Assembly (NCBI RefSeq): GCF_001194135.2
Contig: NC_068986.1
Span: forward strand, 21,556,457 to 21,620,456
Source: Octopus bimaculoides
Taxonomy: Eukaryota
DNA: 64,000 nucleotides
Direction: 5' to 3'
In this document: positions 15,310 through 29,786 of the stretch, piece by piece
Layout: every line of letters begins with the position of its first letter
Position numbering within the stretch: the stretch's first letter is position 1
Position numbers and translations under genes: made by a program
Notes under the pieces: model-generated
Told to the model about the DNA's origin: nothing
Seen by the model: only the letters and a program-made list of their open reading frames with translations
Databases searched by the model: none

Positions 15310-18300
15310 ATAGGCTTCTACACAGTTTCTGTTTATCATATCTACTTGCAAGGCTTTGGTTAGTCCAGAGCTATATTTCAAGACCCTTATGCAAGGTGCC
15401 ACACAGTGGTACTGAACTTGAAACTATGTAGTTCAGAAGCTAACTTCTTAACCACCCAGTCCAATCTACACTTGATTTTTATTTAAAATGCATTTTATTT
15501 GTTGAATTAAACATATTTGGACACCTTTATCTTATTTAATTACAGGTTNNNNNNNNNNNNNNNNNNNNNNNNNNNNNNNNNNNNNNNNNNNNNNNNNNNN
15601 NNNNNNNNNNNNNNNNNNNNNNNNNNNNNNNNNNNNNNNNNNNNNNNNNNNNNNNNNNNNNNNNNNNNNNNNNNNNNNACCCAGTACTTCATCGTCTAAA
15701 AAGTCCAAAGTTGAGATAAAGGTGTGTAGCAGCAGATTGTCTATTCTTTGTTTAAATTGTCCTTCAGTTAATTCTTCAAGTTAATTAGTTAATTCTTAAG
15801 TTATTAGTTTGATAATTTACTTTTGCAAGCCTTAGCCCTTGAAGGCTTGACTTTACATTTAACTTGGATGGGATGCTAATCCATTACAGGGTTAACTTCC
15901 CAGTTATTGCTGGAGCCCATTTACAGCTGAATGGACTGGAGCAATAATGAAATGATTATTTTGCTCAAGAACACAACATGCCGCCCGGTCTGGAAACTGA
16001 AACCATGACCTTACGATCATTTGTGTGATTCCCAAACCACTGGGCTGTGGTGTGCCTTCACATTTTATTTATTTCATTTATTATGACGATTGTTACAAAT
16101 TAGAATAGTTATCAAATGCTAAGCAGAAATTCGAGAATTATTGATGAAACTTCTAAAGCTGTCTCACTTTATAGTTGCTGCCCGAAACAAAAAAGTGTAT
16201 AATTTCAAAGCTGTATACTGAAATAGATAAATACAATTTTCAGCCTGTATTTACATATAAAAGTATTTATCTATATAAACACTGTGCTTTTTCTTCTTAT
16301 GAATAAAAACCTATTTCGATAATTAATAGCCTGATCCTGACGTGGAAGAGGAAGAGATTGGAGCAGCACCAAGTAAAGAAAAAATTCCCAGCACTGCTCA
16401 GAAACAAACAGCTATTGACATCACTGCTGAAGATTTGGTTGGTAGGCTAAATCCACACAATGTAGCAGATCTTGTATTGATTAGTATGGTGAGTATTATA
16501 TCTCATTTTATTATTTGTTATTATACAAGAACAAAGGCAGTGAGCTCGTAGAATTGTTAGCATGCCGGGCAAAATGCTTTGTGGCATTTCGTCTGTCTGT
16601 TTTGAGTTCAAATTCTGCCATGGTCGATTTTGCCTTTCATCCTTTCAGGGTCGTAAAATAAGTATCAGCTGAACACTGGGTTCAGTCTAGTTGCTATAGC
16701 CCCACCCCCAAAATTGCCGGCCTTGTGCCAAAATTTGAAACTAGTATTATATAAGAACAAAACAGTTACCTTAGAGTATAGTATCCAAAGTGTCCTTTTT
16801 TTTTTTGGTAAATTGTAGAATGTAATTTAACCCTTTCGTTACCAACCTGGCTGAAACTGGTTCTGGCTCTTCTTTTCCCCTGAATCAGATCTTATGACTA
16901 CCATATCTCCTTCTTTAACACTCTCTCATACCTGCTGCCAATCCTCCCCCCACCTTTGTTTGTTATTCACTGTATCTGTGCTGATCTCCCTCTCTATCAC
17001 TACGCTTCTCTCTGTCTTCTACACACAGTTCTTTTTTTACCCACCAACCCACTCATCATCTCCCTATTTCTCATCTATTTATAGTTTTATTATTCTGTTG
17101 CTCTTCACCCTTGCTGTAATGCTGCTTATTACCTTTATGCTATTAAATTTTGGAAAGCAGCCTCTCGAGATCAGTGCTAAAATAAATGTATTTAACTCTT
17201 TGCTTCACATTGGCAAGTGTTAACGAGATGGTGCTTATATCAACCTGTTCTTTGACCTCTCAGTATTTGTCTTAACAATTCATTAAAATTTTCTTTTTGT
17301 TTTAATGTAATTATTTCATTTTCAATATGATTATTTTTCTCATTGTATAGGTAATGTTACCTGATACATTACCAGCCCACTTCCAAGCAACATATACACC
17401 AATTGCTGCAGCTGGTACTCCTGGTCAGATTAAACATCTTGCCAGGTTACTTGCAACCCAGCTTACTATGGCTGGAATGGGTAAAGGTATCTCTGACGTC
17501 CAACGAATGGTAAGTATAAGCTATGACATCGCTTAGGTTTAAAAGTTTAAAGTTTTTAAAGTAATATAAATTGAACTATCCAAACATGATCGATACCAGG
17601 ACTGCCTGACCCCCCCCCCCACTTCCCCGTGCCAAACCGCATGTAAAAAGCACCATCTGAACGTGGCTGATGCTAGTACCTTCTGACTGGCTCCAGTGCC
17701 GGTGGCACATAAAAAGCACCATCCAAACGTGGCCGATGCCAGTACCCCCAGACTGGCCCCTGTGCTGGTGGCATGTAAAAAGCACTATCTGAATGTGATC
17801 GATGCCAGGCCTAGCACATAAAAAGCACCCACTACACTCTTGGAATGGTTAGCATTAGGAAGGGCATCCAGCTGTAGAAACATTGCTAGATCAAATTGAA
17901 GTCTGGTGCAGCCGCTGGCTCTCCAGACCTCAGTCAAACCATCCAATTCATGCCAGCATGGAAAATGGATGTTAAATGATGATGATGATGATGATGATGA
18001 AATAAGACCTTCCCAAAATGCATACTGATGAGAAAAAATCAGTGAAGTAGGTAACAATTTGACACTTGAGAATTGAGATATGTTACTTGCAAAGCAATAA
18101 GTTGGTAGCAATGGTCAATTACTGCATGAAATACAGTTTACAGTGTTTTATCCTCTCCCTCTCTATGATCTAAGTATGAATTCTATCATGTTTGATTTTG
18201 CATATCATTCCTTCATTGTTGATAAAATAACCCTCTGCAATATACTAAGTCTTTTCTACAAAAATGCCCTTTATGCTTCTTAGTAAATAGAAATCTGCTG

Positions 18301-20489
18301 TTCTTAAAAGTTATCTTGTTATATTCCAGTAATTTGGAATGCAGACCATTTTCCAGTGTACTTGACTATAAGAAAAATTACTTGTTTTAAAAGTGATCAT
18401 ATTTAAGTTAAACCTCCTATAATTTTGTTTCAAATACCAGCTTAATATACCAATATCAGCATTCTATTAAATTATTTCAAATTGTCAATCTTTTAAAAAA
18501 ATATTAATTTAGATATAGTTTGTGCATTTCATTAGAGGAAATTTTAAAATTTTTTACAGAATGTAGAAAGTGAAGAAACACCTGCCACAACAGAAGAAGA
18601 AAAAGTTACTCCGAAATTACAAATTCAAACTGTAGTAGGTGAGTGATTCATTAGCAATGAAATAATTACTCAAGTATTTTTTTAACCCTTTTGCTACCAA
18701 ACTGCTCTAGTTTTTTTGATATAAACTTCATGTTTTAAAATGATCTAAATTAAAACATTCAATCAAAATTTCATGGTAATTTACTTCAAACATCACCTTA
18801 ATAATGGTTTCAAATTTTAGCACAAGGCCAGTAATTTCAGAGGAGGGTTAAGTTGATTACATTGATCCCCAGTGCTCAACTGGTACTTATTTTATCAACC
18901 CTGAAAGGATGAAAAAACTAAGTCGACCTCGGCAGAATTTGAACTTAGAAGGCAAAGATGGACAAAATGTCACTAAGACTGTTGCTTGGTGCTTAACATT
19001 TCTGCCAGCTCACTGCTTCACACCACCTTAATAATGACTTTTATTTGGACCAAATTCTTCAATATTTTGAAAATTCATTGAAACAAAGGCAGTGGATTTC
19101 AAATGAAATATGGTATCAAAAAAGTTACGGGAAACATATTTATTAGAAATATTCTTGTATGACAGTATTTGATAAACTTTGCGAGTTGGCTTTGCTGTAG
19201 TAAATCTGTGAAATACTGGCAACTAATTAAGATATTGTTTGATTGGTTTAGTAGTTGCTGGCATTCTCTTTTTATTTTGCACATAATATCTTTGGATGCT
19301 GTCCATGCAACTTGGGCAGAACAAATATATAATACAGTGTTTTTATATTTGAAAATCCTTTTTTTTTTTCTGTTTTCTTATTGATGCTACATCTTTTGTC
19401 AAAGATAAGTGCACACACACACACACACACACGCACACATGTGTGATGTGATAGATTTTTGCTCAGTTTTCACTCAAAAGGCTTTGGTCAACTTGTGGCT
19501 ATAGTTGAAGGCACTTGCCCAAGGTGTTGCACATTAGATCAATTCCAAGACTACATGGTTGTGAAGGGAAATTTATTTTGGCTTCATCAAGCATTTAATT
19601 AATTTTCTTTTTATCTAATGCAGAACTCTACAATTAAAATCATTAGGATATTACATTGATTTCTTTTTATTGATCTGGTTGCAGGAGGAACTATACAAGT
19701 AGGAGCTGATGAACCTAAAAAACCTGATACTGCTCTTATAACACAACCATTAATGGTAAGTAGGCTTTGATTGTTCTTTTTTTGTTTTGTCTATTTTAGT
19801 TTAATTTTTATCACTGAATTCATTCTATGTATATAATTGGCTCTTAGCCTCTTAATAGTTTTGTCATGTATTTCTAAAAGTTTAGGTACAGTAGAATTGT
19901 TACTAAAATTATTATTGAGAAAAGAAGCTAGTGATGCAAGATAGTACAGAATGTTTGGCCTTGGTTGTCATTGGTTGATGGTACTGCAGAGACAGTAACT
20001 TAACCATCTCTACTATATCTGGGCTGTTTCCAGAAGCAAGTATCTAAACTCATGTACACTTACTACTTCTCCAATTATGGATATGCCATGATGGAAAGAC
20101 TAGTCAATACATTTGCAGCATTCTTTGAGCTGCAGGGAATACCAGATATTGGTTAACTATCACCATATATAGATCGCCATATATAAGTATCGCCATATGT
20201 AAATATCACCATGTGTAATTATCGCCATGTGTAATTATTGCCATGTGTCACTATCGTCATGTGTCACCATCGCCATGTGTCACCATCGCCACATTAGGTC
20301 ATACTTACCGCTGCTGTATGGTAAGTATAGGCGCAAGCATGGCTGTGTGGTAAGTAGCTTGCTTACCAACCATATGGTTCCAGGTTTGGTCCCAGTGCAT
20401 GGCACCATGGGCAAATATCTTCTGCTATAGCCTCGGGTCAACCAAAGCCTTGTGAGTGGATTTGGTAGATGGAAACTGAAAGAAACTTG

Positions 20490-20524
<35 letters not shown>

Positions 20525-23500
20525 TGTGTATGTTTGTATGTCTATGTTTGTCCCCCCCACCATCGTGTGACAGCCGATGTTGGTGTGTTTAGGTCTCTGT
20601 CAATTAGCAGTTCGGCAAAAGAGACCGATAAAATAAGTACTAGGCTTACAAAGAATAAGTCCTGGGGTCAATTTGTTCAATTAAAGGCAGTGCTCCAGCA
20701 TGGCCACAGTCAAATGACTGAAAAAATAAAAGAATAAATCTCTAGCATGTCAAACAATAAAATGACTTCACTTTTTCTGTAAGACCTTAAAAATTAATAC
20801 ATCTTGTTATAAATTACTGTGATTATCAAGGATTGCTTTATTATACTTTCATTTTTAACTACCTTAACCCTTTAGCATTTTACCGGCCATCTCAGACCCA
20901 AATATTCAACCTGTTTTATGTTCAAACCAGATAGGTCTGGCCTCTCACACTTACCCTACAATATCATTCTAAAAATAAACAATACTATCATTGAAACCCC
21001 AAAGCTAAAAGATAACACGCGATTGATTCAAAACATTGTGAATAAAAAACTATTACATTTGCCTGACTAATTGGAATGCTAAAGAGTTAAGGAAAAATAA
21101 TCCTGTTTTTTATTCAATAGCTTTCTTTTTTTTTTATTTCTTAACAATTATTAACAAGTATTAAAACCAATATTTAATGGGTAGCTTGTTTTAGAACAAA
21201 ATTAAGGATAAATCGTTTGTTGCGAGTTCAAATTTTTATTAGTAGACATTTAATTATTTATGCTTTTGTTTGAAGGGCACTCGTAAAGGATTAAAGCAGT
21301 TCAAGTTGTCGAGTGTCACAAAACCAATGAACAGAGATCTCCTGGATCAAATGACTGTCAGGGCTGTGAGGCGTATATTAATGGCTGAAAGTAAGTATAG
21401 ACAACTCAGTCGTCACTGTGTTCTTGTCATAGGATTTTAAAAACTAAGCTAACCCAAATCACAAAGACCCCTAGGATTAGTGATTATCTCTAGTTTTATT
21501 ACTGTGAAGCTTTCCTTCCTTTGTTTAATATCCATTTCTCTAGAATAGCATAGGTTGGCCAAAGATGTAGTCAGGGTAGGATTTTACAGCTGGATGATCT
21601 TCCTGTTGCTAATCCTTACCTGCTTTTCAAGTTCGGGATTTTTTATGCTATGTGTCTTCAGAATCACAGAAGGACGTCATTAGGGAATAGTATGTCACTG
21701 TTTCGCTCTGTCAGTAACAAATGAAACTGTGGAATGTCAATATTTACCTTTATATCATCATCATCATCATCATCATCATCATTGTTTAACGTCTGCTTTC
21801 CATGCTAGTATGGGTTGGACGATGTGACTGAGGACTGGCGAACCAGATGGCTGCTCCAGGCTCCAATCTGATCTGGCAGAGTTTCTACAGCTGGATTCCT
21901 AATGCCAACCACTCCGAGAGTGTAGTGGGTGCTTTTATGTGCCACCAGCACGAGGGCTAGTCACGCGGTACTGGCAATGGCCATGCTCAAAATGGTGTTT
22001 TTTACATGCCACCTGCACAGGAGCCAGTCCAGTGGCACTGGCAACAACCTCACTCGAATGTTTTTTCACATGCCACCGGCACAAGTGCCAGTGAGGCTAT
22101 GTGCTTGTATATACACACACGTGCATACATATATGCATGTATTCATACACACGTGACTAGCTTCCATGCAGTTTCCATCAACAAAATTTATTCAGCCTGG
22201 GGCTGTAATAGAAGACACTTGTGCAAAGTAGGACTGAACTCAAAGCTATGTGATCGCAAAACAAACTTTTTAACCACACACCTGTGCCTGCACCTATTGA
22301 GGATATTATTGAAGAAGTTATATAAATCTCCTGCTGGCTATGATTGTCTTTCTATCATTGGTAGAACATATCATAGAAACAATTGAACTCAGCACCAAAC
22401 CAAAAATCACTCATTCCTGTTTTTCTTATACATGATGAATTGATTTCTTTGTCATTAATGTAATTTTCTATTTCTCTCTTTTTTTTTTCAGAAAGCGCTC
22501 TTATTGGTAATGCATTACCAGAACGAACCAAAATTTTGGCCTCCCTTGTTGCTCAGTTTGGTGGTGAGCTGAAAAATTGTGAGTATTTAACCCTTTTGTT
22601 ATATTTTGTTGAAAAATACATTGCATTTGTTTTATTAATTATGAAAATAACGAAGAATTTAGTAAAATAACTTTGTAATTATTAAGTTGGTGTTTGGAAC
22701 AAATCTACAGGAAATATTGATGGAAGTTTTTGATTTAGATCACTTTGAGACAGGAAGTTTGTATCATAGAACCAGGGCCAGTTTTGGGAGGAACTCTGAG
22801 AGTATGCTCTGGTACCTCATCACCAGCATCTTCATCTGCTTTCCATCTACTCCTACCCATTCATATACAAGTTAGCCATGTATGTCTTCCATAGCAAGAC
22901 ACCTGTGCCTGCTCCTCTATCATACTTTAGTCTTTCAACACTTGCCATAAAGCTATCTTCTTTTTCTTGTCTTGCACGTTACCTGGCAACCTCACTAGTG
23001 CTGGTGTGACAGGACACTTTGTAAAGTGGTTGGTGTTAAGAAGGGCATCCAGCTGTAGAAACTATGCCAAAGCAAATATTGAAGCTCAATGTGGTTCTCT
23101 GGTTCGTTAGATCCTGTTTAACTGTCCAGCCCATGCTAGTATGGAAGGCAGACGTTAGACGACAATGATGTTCTGAGTGATTAGAATGAATTATTGCTTT
23201 GTTTTCTTTAGAAATCAGCTTAAAATAATTTTGCATCAGGCATGTTTTATAAATTTAGTAAAAGCTTCAATTTTTAATCATATCATTATCAACACCTGGA
23301 CATTATTGTATTGAGTCCTAGGTCTCATAGAGTTGGTTACCTGGTTTCCATGATATGTAAGTGACTGGGATCACAACATTCACTCCTGAATGGGGTGTCA
23401 ATCCATTTGGGGTCAGTCATTTATAGCTGAGTGGACGGAAGCAATGTAAAATGAAGTGTTTTGCACCAGAACAAAACGCACTGCCCAGTTCAGGAATCGA

Positions 23501-26500
23501 AACCACATCTTGCAATCATGAGTGCAGCACCCTAATCACTCAGCCATGTGCTTTCACTATTATATATGTGTATATAATTATATCCTCATTAGGAAATTAT
23601 TTCTGTTATTTGACTTCAACATAAAAATGTGTATGAATGACTTGAAACTTTTTTTTTTGTTTTAGTATTACAAGAATACATATTTGAAGACTTACGTAAT
23701 CGAGCAGATATAGCTTTCTCTTGGTTATATCAAGAATATGTTGTCTGCCATGGTTTCAACCGGTCCAATATGGGAGAACACAAGACAGTTCTGGCAAGCT
23801 ATGATGAATGTTTGACTCGATTGCTTAATGGCTTATTGGAGAGATCTGATCATAGAGATGGGTAAGTTATTACTGTTGCTCTAATAGAAGTCATTATGAG
23901 CATTTGTGTGTATGTATGTTTGTGTCTTGTCTTGACATCGTGTAATTGTTGTAAATTAATGTCATTTATTTCCAATATTCTTTGAGAATGTATCTGGTTA
24001 TTGGGAAATATTACCTTGTTTGGAAAGATTGATGGTTAGCAACAGAAAGAGCATCAAACCTTAGACATTCTATCTTAATAAACTCTGCCCGACCCATGCA
24101 AGCATGGAAAATGGATGTTAAAACCATGATGACTATTAAGATGCCAGTGTATGCTTGTGAGTGTGAAAGAGGGATAGAGTAATAATACACCTTTTTTAAA
24201 TAATTTTGTGGTTAATTCAGTCCTGTAACCTTTTGTTCTGTTATTGCCAAGCCTTTTGTGCATAATTTGAATTAATTTCTATGCTCCTTTCTTTCAGACT
24301 GTTTACAAGATTGTTTCTGGAAGCTCCTATTATCACAGACAATGCTGTTCAGATACTTCGTAAATTTTGTCAAGATGAAGTATGTGGCATTATTATTTTC
24401 TTACTTTCTCTCTCTCCTTTTCCCTTATATTTTATGTCTTATTTATTTTCCATATGTATTTACTTTGAGAAAAATATAATTGTATTTAACTTCTTATGAC
24501 CTACCATATCTGACAGTAAAATACTCTTGCCTAACCACCTCTGAAGAAGTAATAAACAGAAGCTAACATTTTAATTATTAGCATGCTAGGCAAAATACTT
24601 AACAGCATTTCCTCCATCCATAGGTCCTGAGTCAACTTGCTTTGATTCTTCCAGGGTCAATAAAGTATCAGTTGAGCCCTGGAGTTGACTTACCCTCTCC
24701 CCTCTGCTTGCTGACCTTGTACCAAAATTCTAAACCAATATTTTAAGGAGGTTGTAACAGATAATTCTTCTAAGTGCTTTATGCTTCTCTGCTGTATTCT
24801 ACCTGAATTTTATCTCAACGTAATATTTATGCTTCTGAAAAATAGTTGTCCAAAGCTAAAAATATTGCTTGCCTTTCCAGAATCGTGTTCATATTGGAAT
24901 GGAAACTCTGCAGGAAATGATCTTGGCACGACCCCATCATCGTCCAAAATACTTGATTTTATTATTAGACTTTGCATCGCATGATAAAGTGGAGGTAGGT
25001 TGGGGATTTCAGTTTTATATTATTGTTCTCTATAAAAAAAAATGCTTTTCAAAACTTATAATTATTCTTTTCTAATGTTGGAAAACATGCATAGAATACC
25101 AATACATATGTGTGTATATGTATATGTGGATGTGTGTATATTTATGTGTGTGTGTGTGTGTGTGTTAATGTCATAAGAATTTAAAAACTTCAAGTATGTG
25201 AAATTCTTTTTGGGAATAGTGAATCTTGAAGCACATAAAGCTATAAAAATAGCATGTAAATATTGGGTTTAAAAGACCATTTGGATAGAAAAAGTTGAAT
25301 GCTGTCCGTGGGACTTGAACCCACAGTTCCTGTAAACAAGACAGGCTAATATTTTTAAATACCCCTAGAGGGAGTTTTTATCCTATCTCGTTAGATAATC
25401 TTGGTTGAAGTTCTTCAATTGAATATATGTGAGACCTTACCATGTTTGTATTTCATAAGCAGGATAAGAAGGTGGTGAGCTGGCAGAACCGTTAGCACGC
25501 CGGGCGAAATGCTTAGCGGTATTTCGTCTGCCGTTCCGTTCTGAGTTCAAATTCCGCCGAGGTCAACTTTGCCTTTCATCCTTTCGGGGTCGATAAATTA
25601 AGTACCAGTTACGCACTGGGGTCGATGTAATCGACTTAATCCCTTTGTCTGTCCTCGTTTGTCCCCTCTATGTTTAGCCCCTTGTAGGCAATAAAGAAAT
25701 AAGGATAAGAAGTATTTCCTTCAGCCATATTGCTTTTTTGTATGTTAGGTCATTTGTTTATTCCAGGCTAGCATCAGATTTTTGCAGATTCTTAATATAG
25801 ATCTTTATCATTGAAGCTTTTGTACAACACTAGTTAGATTCTAAAGAACCCATCAACAGTTAGAAGTCTTTACTCTTGTCAGACAACAAAATGGGGTTAT
25901 ATTTAGAGTTCACTATGTAGCCAGTAGCCGAGTATCCCATCTTCATAACCTTCATATTTTTTTATTTGTATTCTCTTTTATAAATATTTCATTTGTAATC
26001 TTTAGTCTCACATTTTTGACATTTTATTTTCTTCTCTTTATCCAGGTGCGAAACCATGCAATCCATGTCATCAAGAAGCTATATGAACGAGATGATATCC
26101 ACAAACTAATTGAGGTATCTGTCTTTTGTTGAATGCCATTATATTAAATATTTATATGTTCTTTTACATTCTTTCATTTGTTTGTCATTTGACTGCAGCC
26201 ATGCTGGAGCACCACCTTGAAGGGTTTTAGTTGGAGAAATTGACCTCAGGATTTATTCTTTGTAAGCCTAGTACTTATTTTATTGGTCTTTTTTACTGAA
26301 CCGCTAAGTTACGGGGATGTAGACACACCAGCAAGTGATGATGGGGGTAGGGACAATCAGACAAAGACATGCACACTTATATATATATATATCTATAAAT
26401 GACAGGCTTCTTTCAGTTTCCATCTACCAAATCCACTTACAAGGCTATAGTGGAAGACACTCGCCCATGGTGCCACACAGTGGAACTGAACCCAGAACCA

Positions 26501-29500
26501 TGTGGTTGGGAAGCAAGCTTGTTACCACACAGCCATGCCTACACCTATATGTTACAAAGTATTTAAAACAAATTGTATTTAGTGTGTAAGTCCCACCCAT
26601 GCCAGCATGGAAGGCAGACGTTAAATGATGATGATGATGTGACATGGATTTTTCTGAGTCATTAAAGCAGTTACATACGAATTGGACACTTAATTAAAAG
26701 CACTGAATACACACTGTAAAGTCGTTGCCATTAAGAAAAGCATCCAGCCATAGAAACCATGCCAAAGCAGACAGCAGAGTTTGGCATAGTCTTCTAACTT
26801 GCCAGATCCTATCAAACCATCTAACCCATGCCAGCATGGAAAATGGGTGTTAAATGCTGCTGCTGACGATGATCAATGCTCAAGCGTCTTTTGCTGCTAA
26901 TGTCTTGGGTTCACCAATGTCCTTGAGAGTGAAATGTGGTAGATAGAAATTGCAGAAGCCTCATGTTTAGAAATACAAATGAGAAAATTAGTGCTCTATA
27001 CATGTAGTAAGGTTTATTTGTTTAAAATCAGTGACTCATCTACTAGCTAGGTGCTGTTTTGACACAATCTGTTCATGTTGGGCTGTTTGAATGAACACTT
27101 TGCATGAAACTTTGAGTAAATCATTGACCATCAAAAGATATAAACACGAACAAGAAATTATTGGTAAATTAGTATGTGGAAGAAAGCAACGATTTATGGT
27201 ATTGACTGCCCAAGTTGCACAGCTACTTCCTTGTCACTCTTGCCATTTGATCATCATCATCGTTTAACGTCCGCTTTCCATGCTGGCATGGGTTGGACGG
27301 TTTGACTGGGGACTGGTGAGCCATATGGCTGCACCAGGCTCCAATCTGAATATGTAGTGAATTAATGATTGATCTGTTGCAAGTTTATTCCCAGCAACAC
27401 TATTATTCAGAAATATCTAGTATAGATTTAGAATATATATATCTGTGTGGTAAGAAGTTTGTGTCTCAACACTACATGATTCTGGGTTCAGTCCCACTGC
27501 GTGGCACTGTGGGCAAATGTCTTCTACTATAGCCCTGAGTTGAATATTGCCTTGTGAGTGGATTTGGTGGAGGGAAATTGAAAGAAACCCATCATATGTG
27601 TGTGTGTGTGTGTATTTATGTGTTTGTGTGTTTGTCCCCCATTACTGCTTGACAATCAACGTTGGTTTGTTTACACCCCCATAACATTTCGGTAACACAC
27701 ACCAATGGAATAAGTACCAGGCTTAACTAAAAGGAACTGGGGTCAATTTGTTTGACCAAACCCTTCAAGACTGTGCCCCAGCATCACTGTGGTCCAATGA
27801 CTGAAACAAACTGTAAAAGATAAAAAAGGATAAAGATAATTTTAAGAAACTACAGAGTGTTAATGTTTTAAAATTATTTCAATAAATCTTTACAGTTTCA
27901 TTCCTTTTAATCCACTTTGCTTATCACCACCCTGCAGAAATAAACATATATTGTTAGTGTAAAAAAGGTTGATTTAACTTCCTTTAAAAAAAAACTCATC
28001 TTTTGTAAAAGAAAAATCATTTTTAGAAAAAATATACCTGACTAATTAACCTTTTATCCATTTCTTCTTGTGTAGGCTCATGCATTAACTTACCTTCGAT
28101 ATCTGCTCAGCCCCAAACCACCACCAGAATTGTTTTCAACAACAAAATTAAAAAGTGGTAAGTTACTTTTAATTTAAACTTCCCCTTCTTACAATACTGC
28201 TGTAGGTTGTTTTTTGATTTATATTCTGGTTTGCAGACACACTGTTTAAGAAACATAATTAATTATTACTTTCTTTATGTATTTTGATATTATTTTTATC
28301 AGTAATATTTATAGTTTAGATATTGATAGTTTGTCCACTCTGCTGGGTGGTTGGTGTTAGGAAGGGCAAAACAGACCCAGAAGTCTGGTGCAGGCTCCTG
28401 CCTGGCCAGCTCCTGTCAAACCATCCAGCCCATCCCAGTAAGGAAGGTGGACGTTAAACAATGATGATGATGATAATTTGTACTTGGAAAGGTATCACAG
28501 ATGCAATCTTTCTAATGTGGCAACTACAGGAGAAATATTTGGCTAAGAGTAAACTATTTATTCTTGGCCTCAGCATGTTATCATATACAGTAATCTAGTG
28601 ATCACTAAGGAAACTAGGCATTGATAAATGACTTGTGAGAGCAGTGCAAGTTAACATCAAAGACACTGTAACTAAAGAGGGAGTCACCAATGACTTCAGT
28701 GAGGAATTCAATATAAGGGTCAAAATCTATCAAGGTTCAGTTCTCAGTCCCCTCCTATTCATCATAGTCCTACAGGCCATCATAGAGGAGTTTAAGACTG
28801 GCTGTTCATGGGAACTATATGCTGATGATCTAGTTCTCAGAGCTGAATTTATCGGAGGAATTAGGAAATTCCAAGTGTGGAAGGTAAATCTGGAGTTGAG
28901 GGGTCTTAAGGTAAACTTAGCAAAAACAAAAGTTTTAGTGAGCAGGAAAGAAGGTAGGTCCCAGGTACCCCTCAAGGAAATGGCTTTGCTTTAAATGCAG
29001 AAAAGGAGTGGGCATAAACTCCATATGTTGCACTCAATATAAGTTAAGGACACGAGATCTAGTGGAATCACAGGCTGAATAGTAAAGAACATAAATTTCA
29101 TATCCAAAAGATGCACTGGAATAGTATATTCCATGAACACACCAGAAACAGAACCCCTTAATTACCTGAGCATTTCATTAGAAGTAGTTGATAGTTTTTG
29201 CTATCTGTGAGATGTCATCAGCAATAGAGGCAGTTGCTTTGAACGTATTTTAGCCAGAGTAAGAGTTTGTTGAAAAAGGTTCAAGGAGCTACTTCTACCA
29301 CTGCTGACAACAATGGTCTTCTCCCACAAGGTGAAAGCCAGATTGTATGATGCTTGTGTTAGTGCTGCAGTGCTGCATGGAAGTGAGACATGGATTTTGA
29401 ACACAGAGGACATGAGAAGACTGGAAAGAAATGGAGCAAGCATGCTCTGTTGTAAGTGTGTTGGATGACATAGCATAAGTTTACTGAGAGAAAAATTGGT

Positions 29501-29744
29501 TATCAGAGAAATCAGATGTGATGTGCAAGAAAGAAGACTGCACTAGTATGGACTGGCTACGTGTTGCTATGGCACAAGCACTAGAGAGGTTGCCTGCAGA
29601 AAGACTATCAGATTTTATTAAGTATCAATACACTCATAATTAGCTTGCTTTCATTTACACATGTATGTGTGTGTGTGTGTGTGTGTACTTGTCCATCCAT
29701 ATTTGTATATTTATCATTTTAATGAGTTAAAATTTATTTAAATG

Positions 29745-29786
<42 letters not shown>

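Noticed and set aside
20330-20400. tRNA-like sequences at SINE heads
   Set aside because: No complete cloverleaf; each continues into a SINE body.
26115-26122. Donor gtatctgt as a possible U12-type intron
   Set aside because: Does not match the GTATCCTT consensus, and no U12 branch site was seen.
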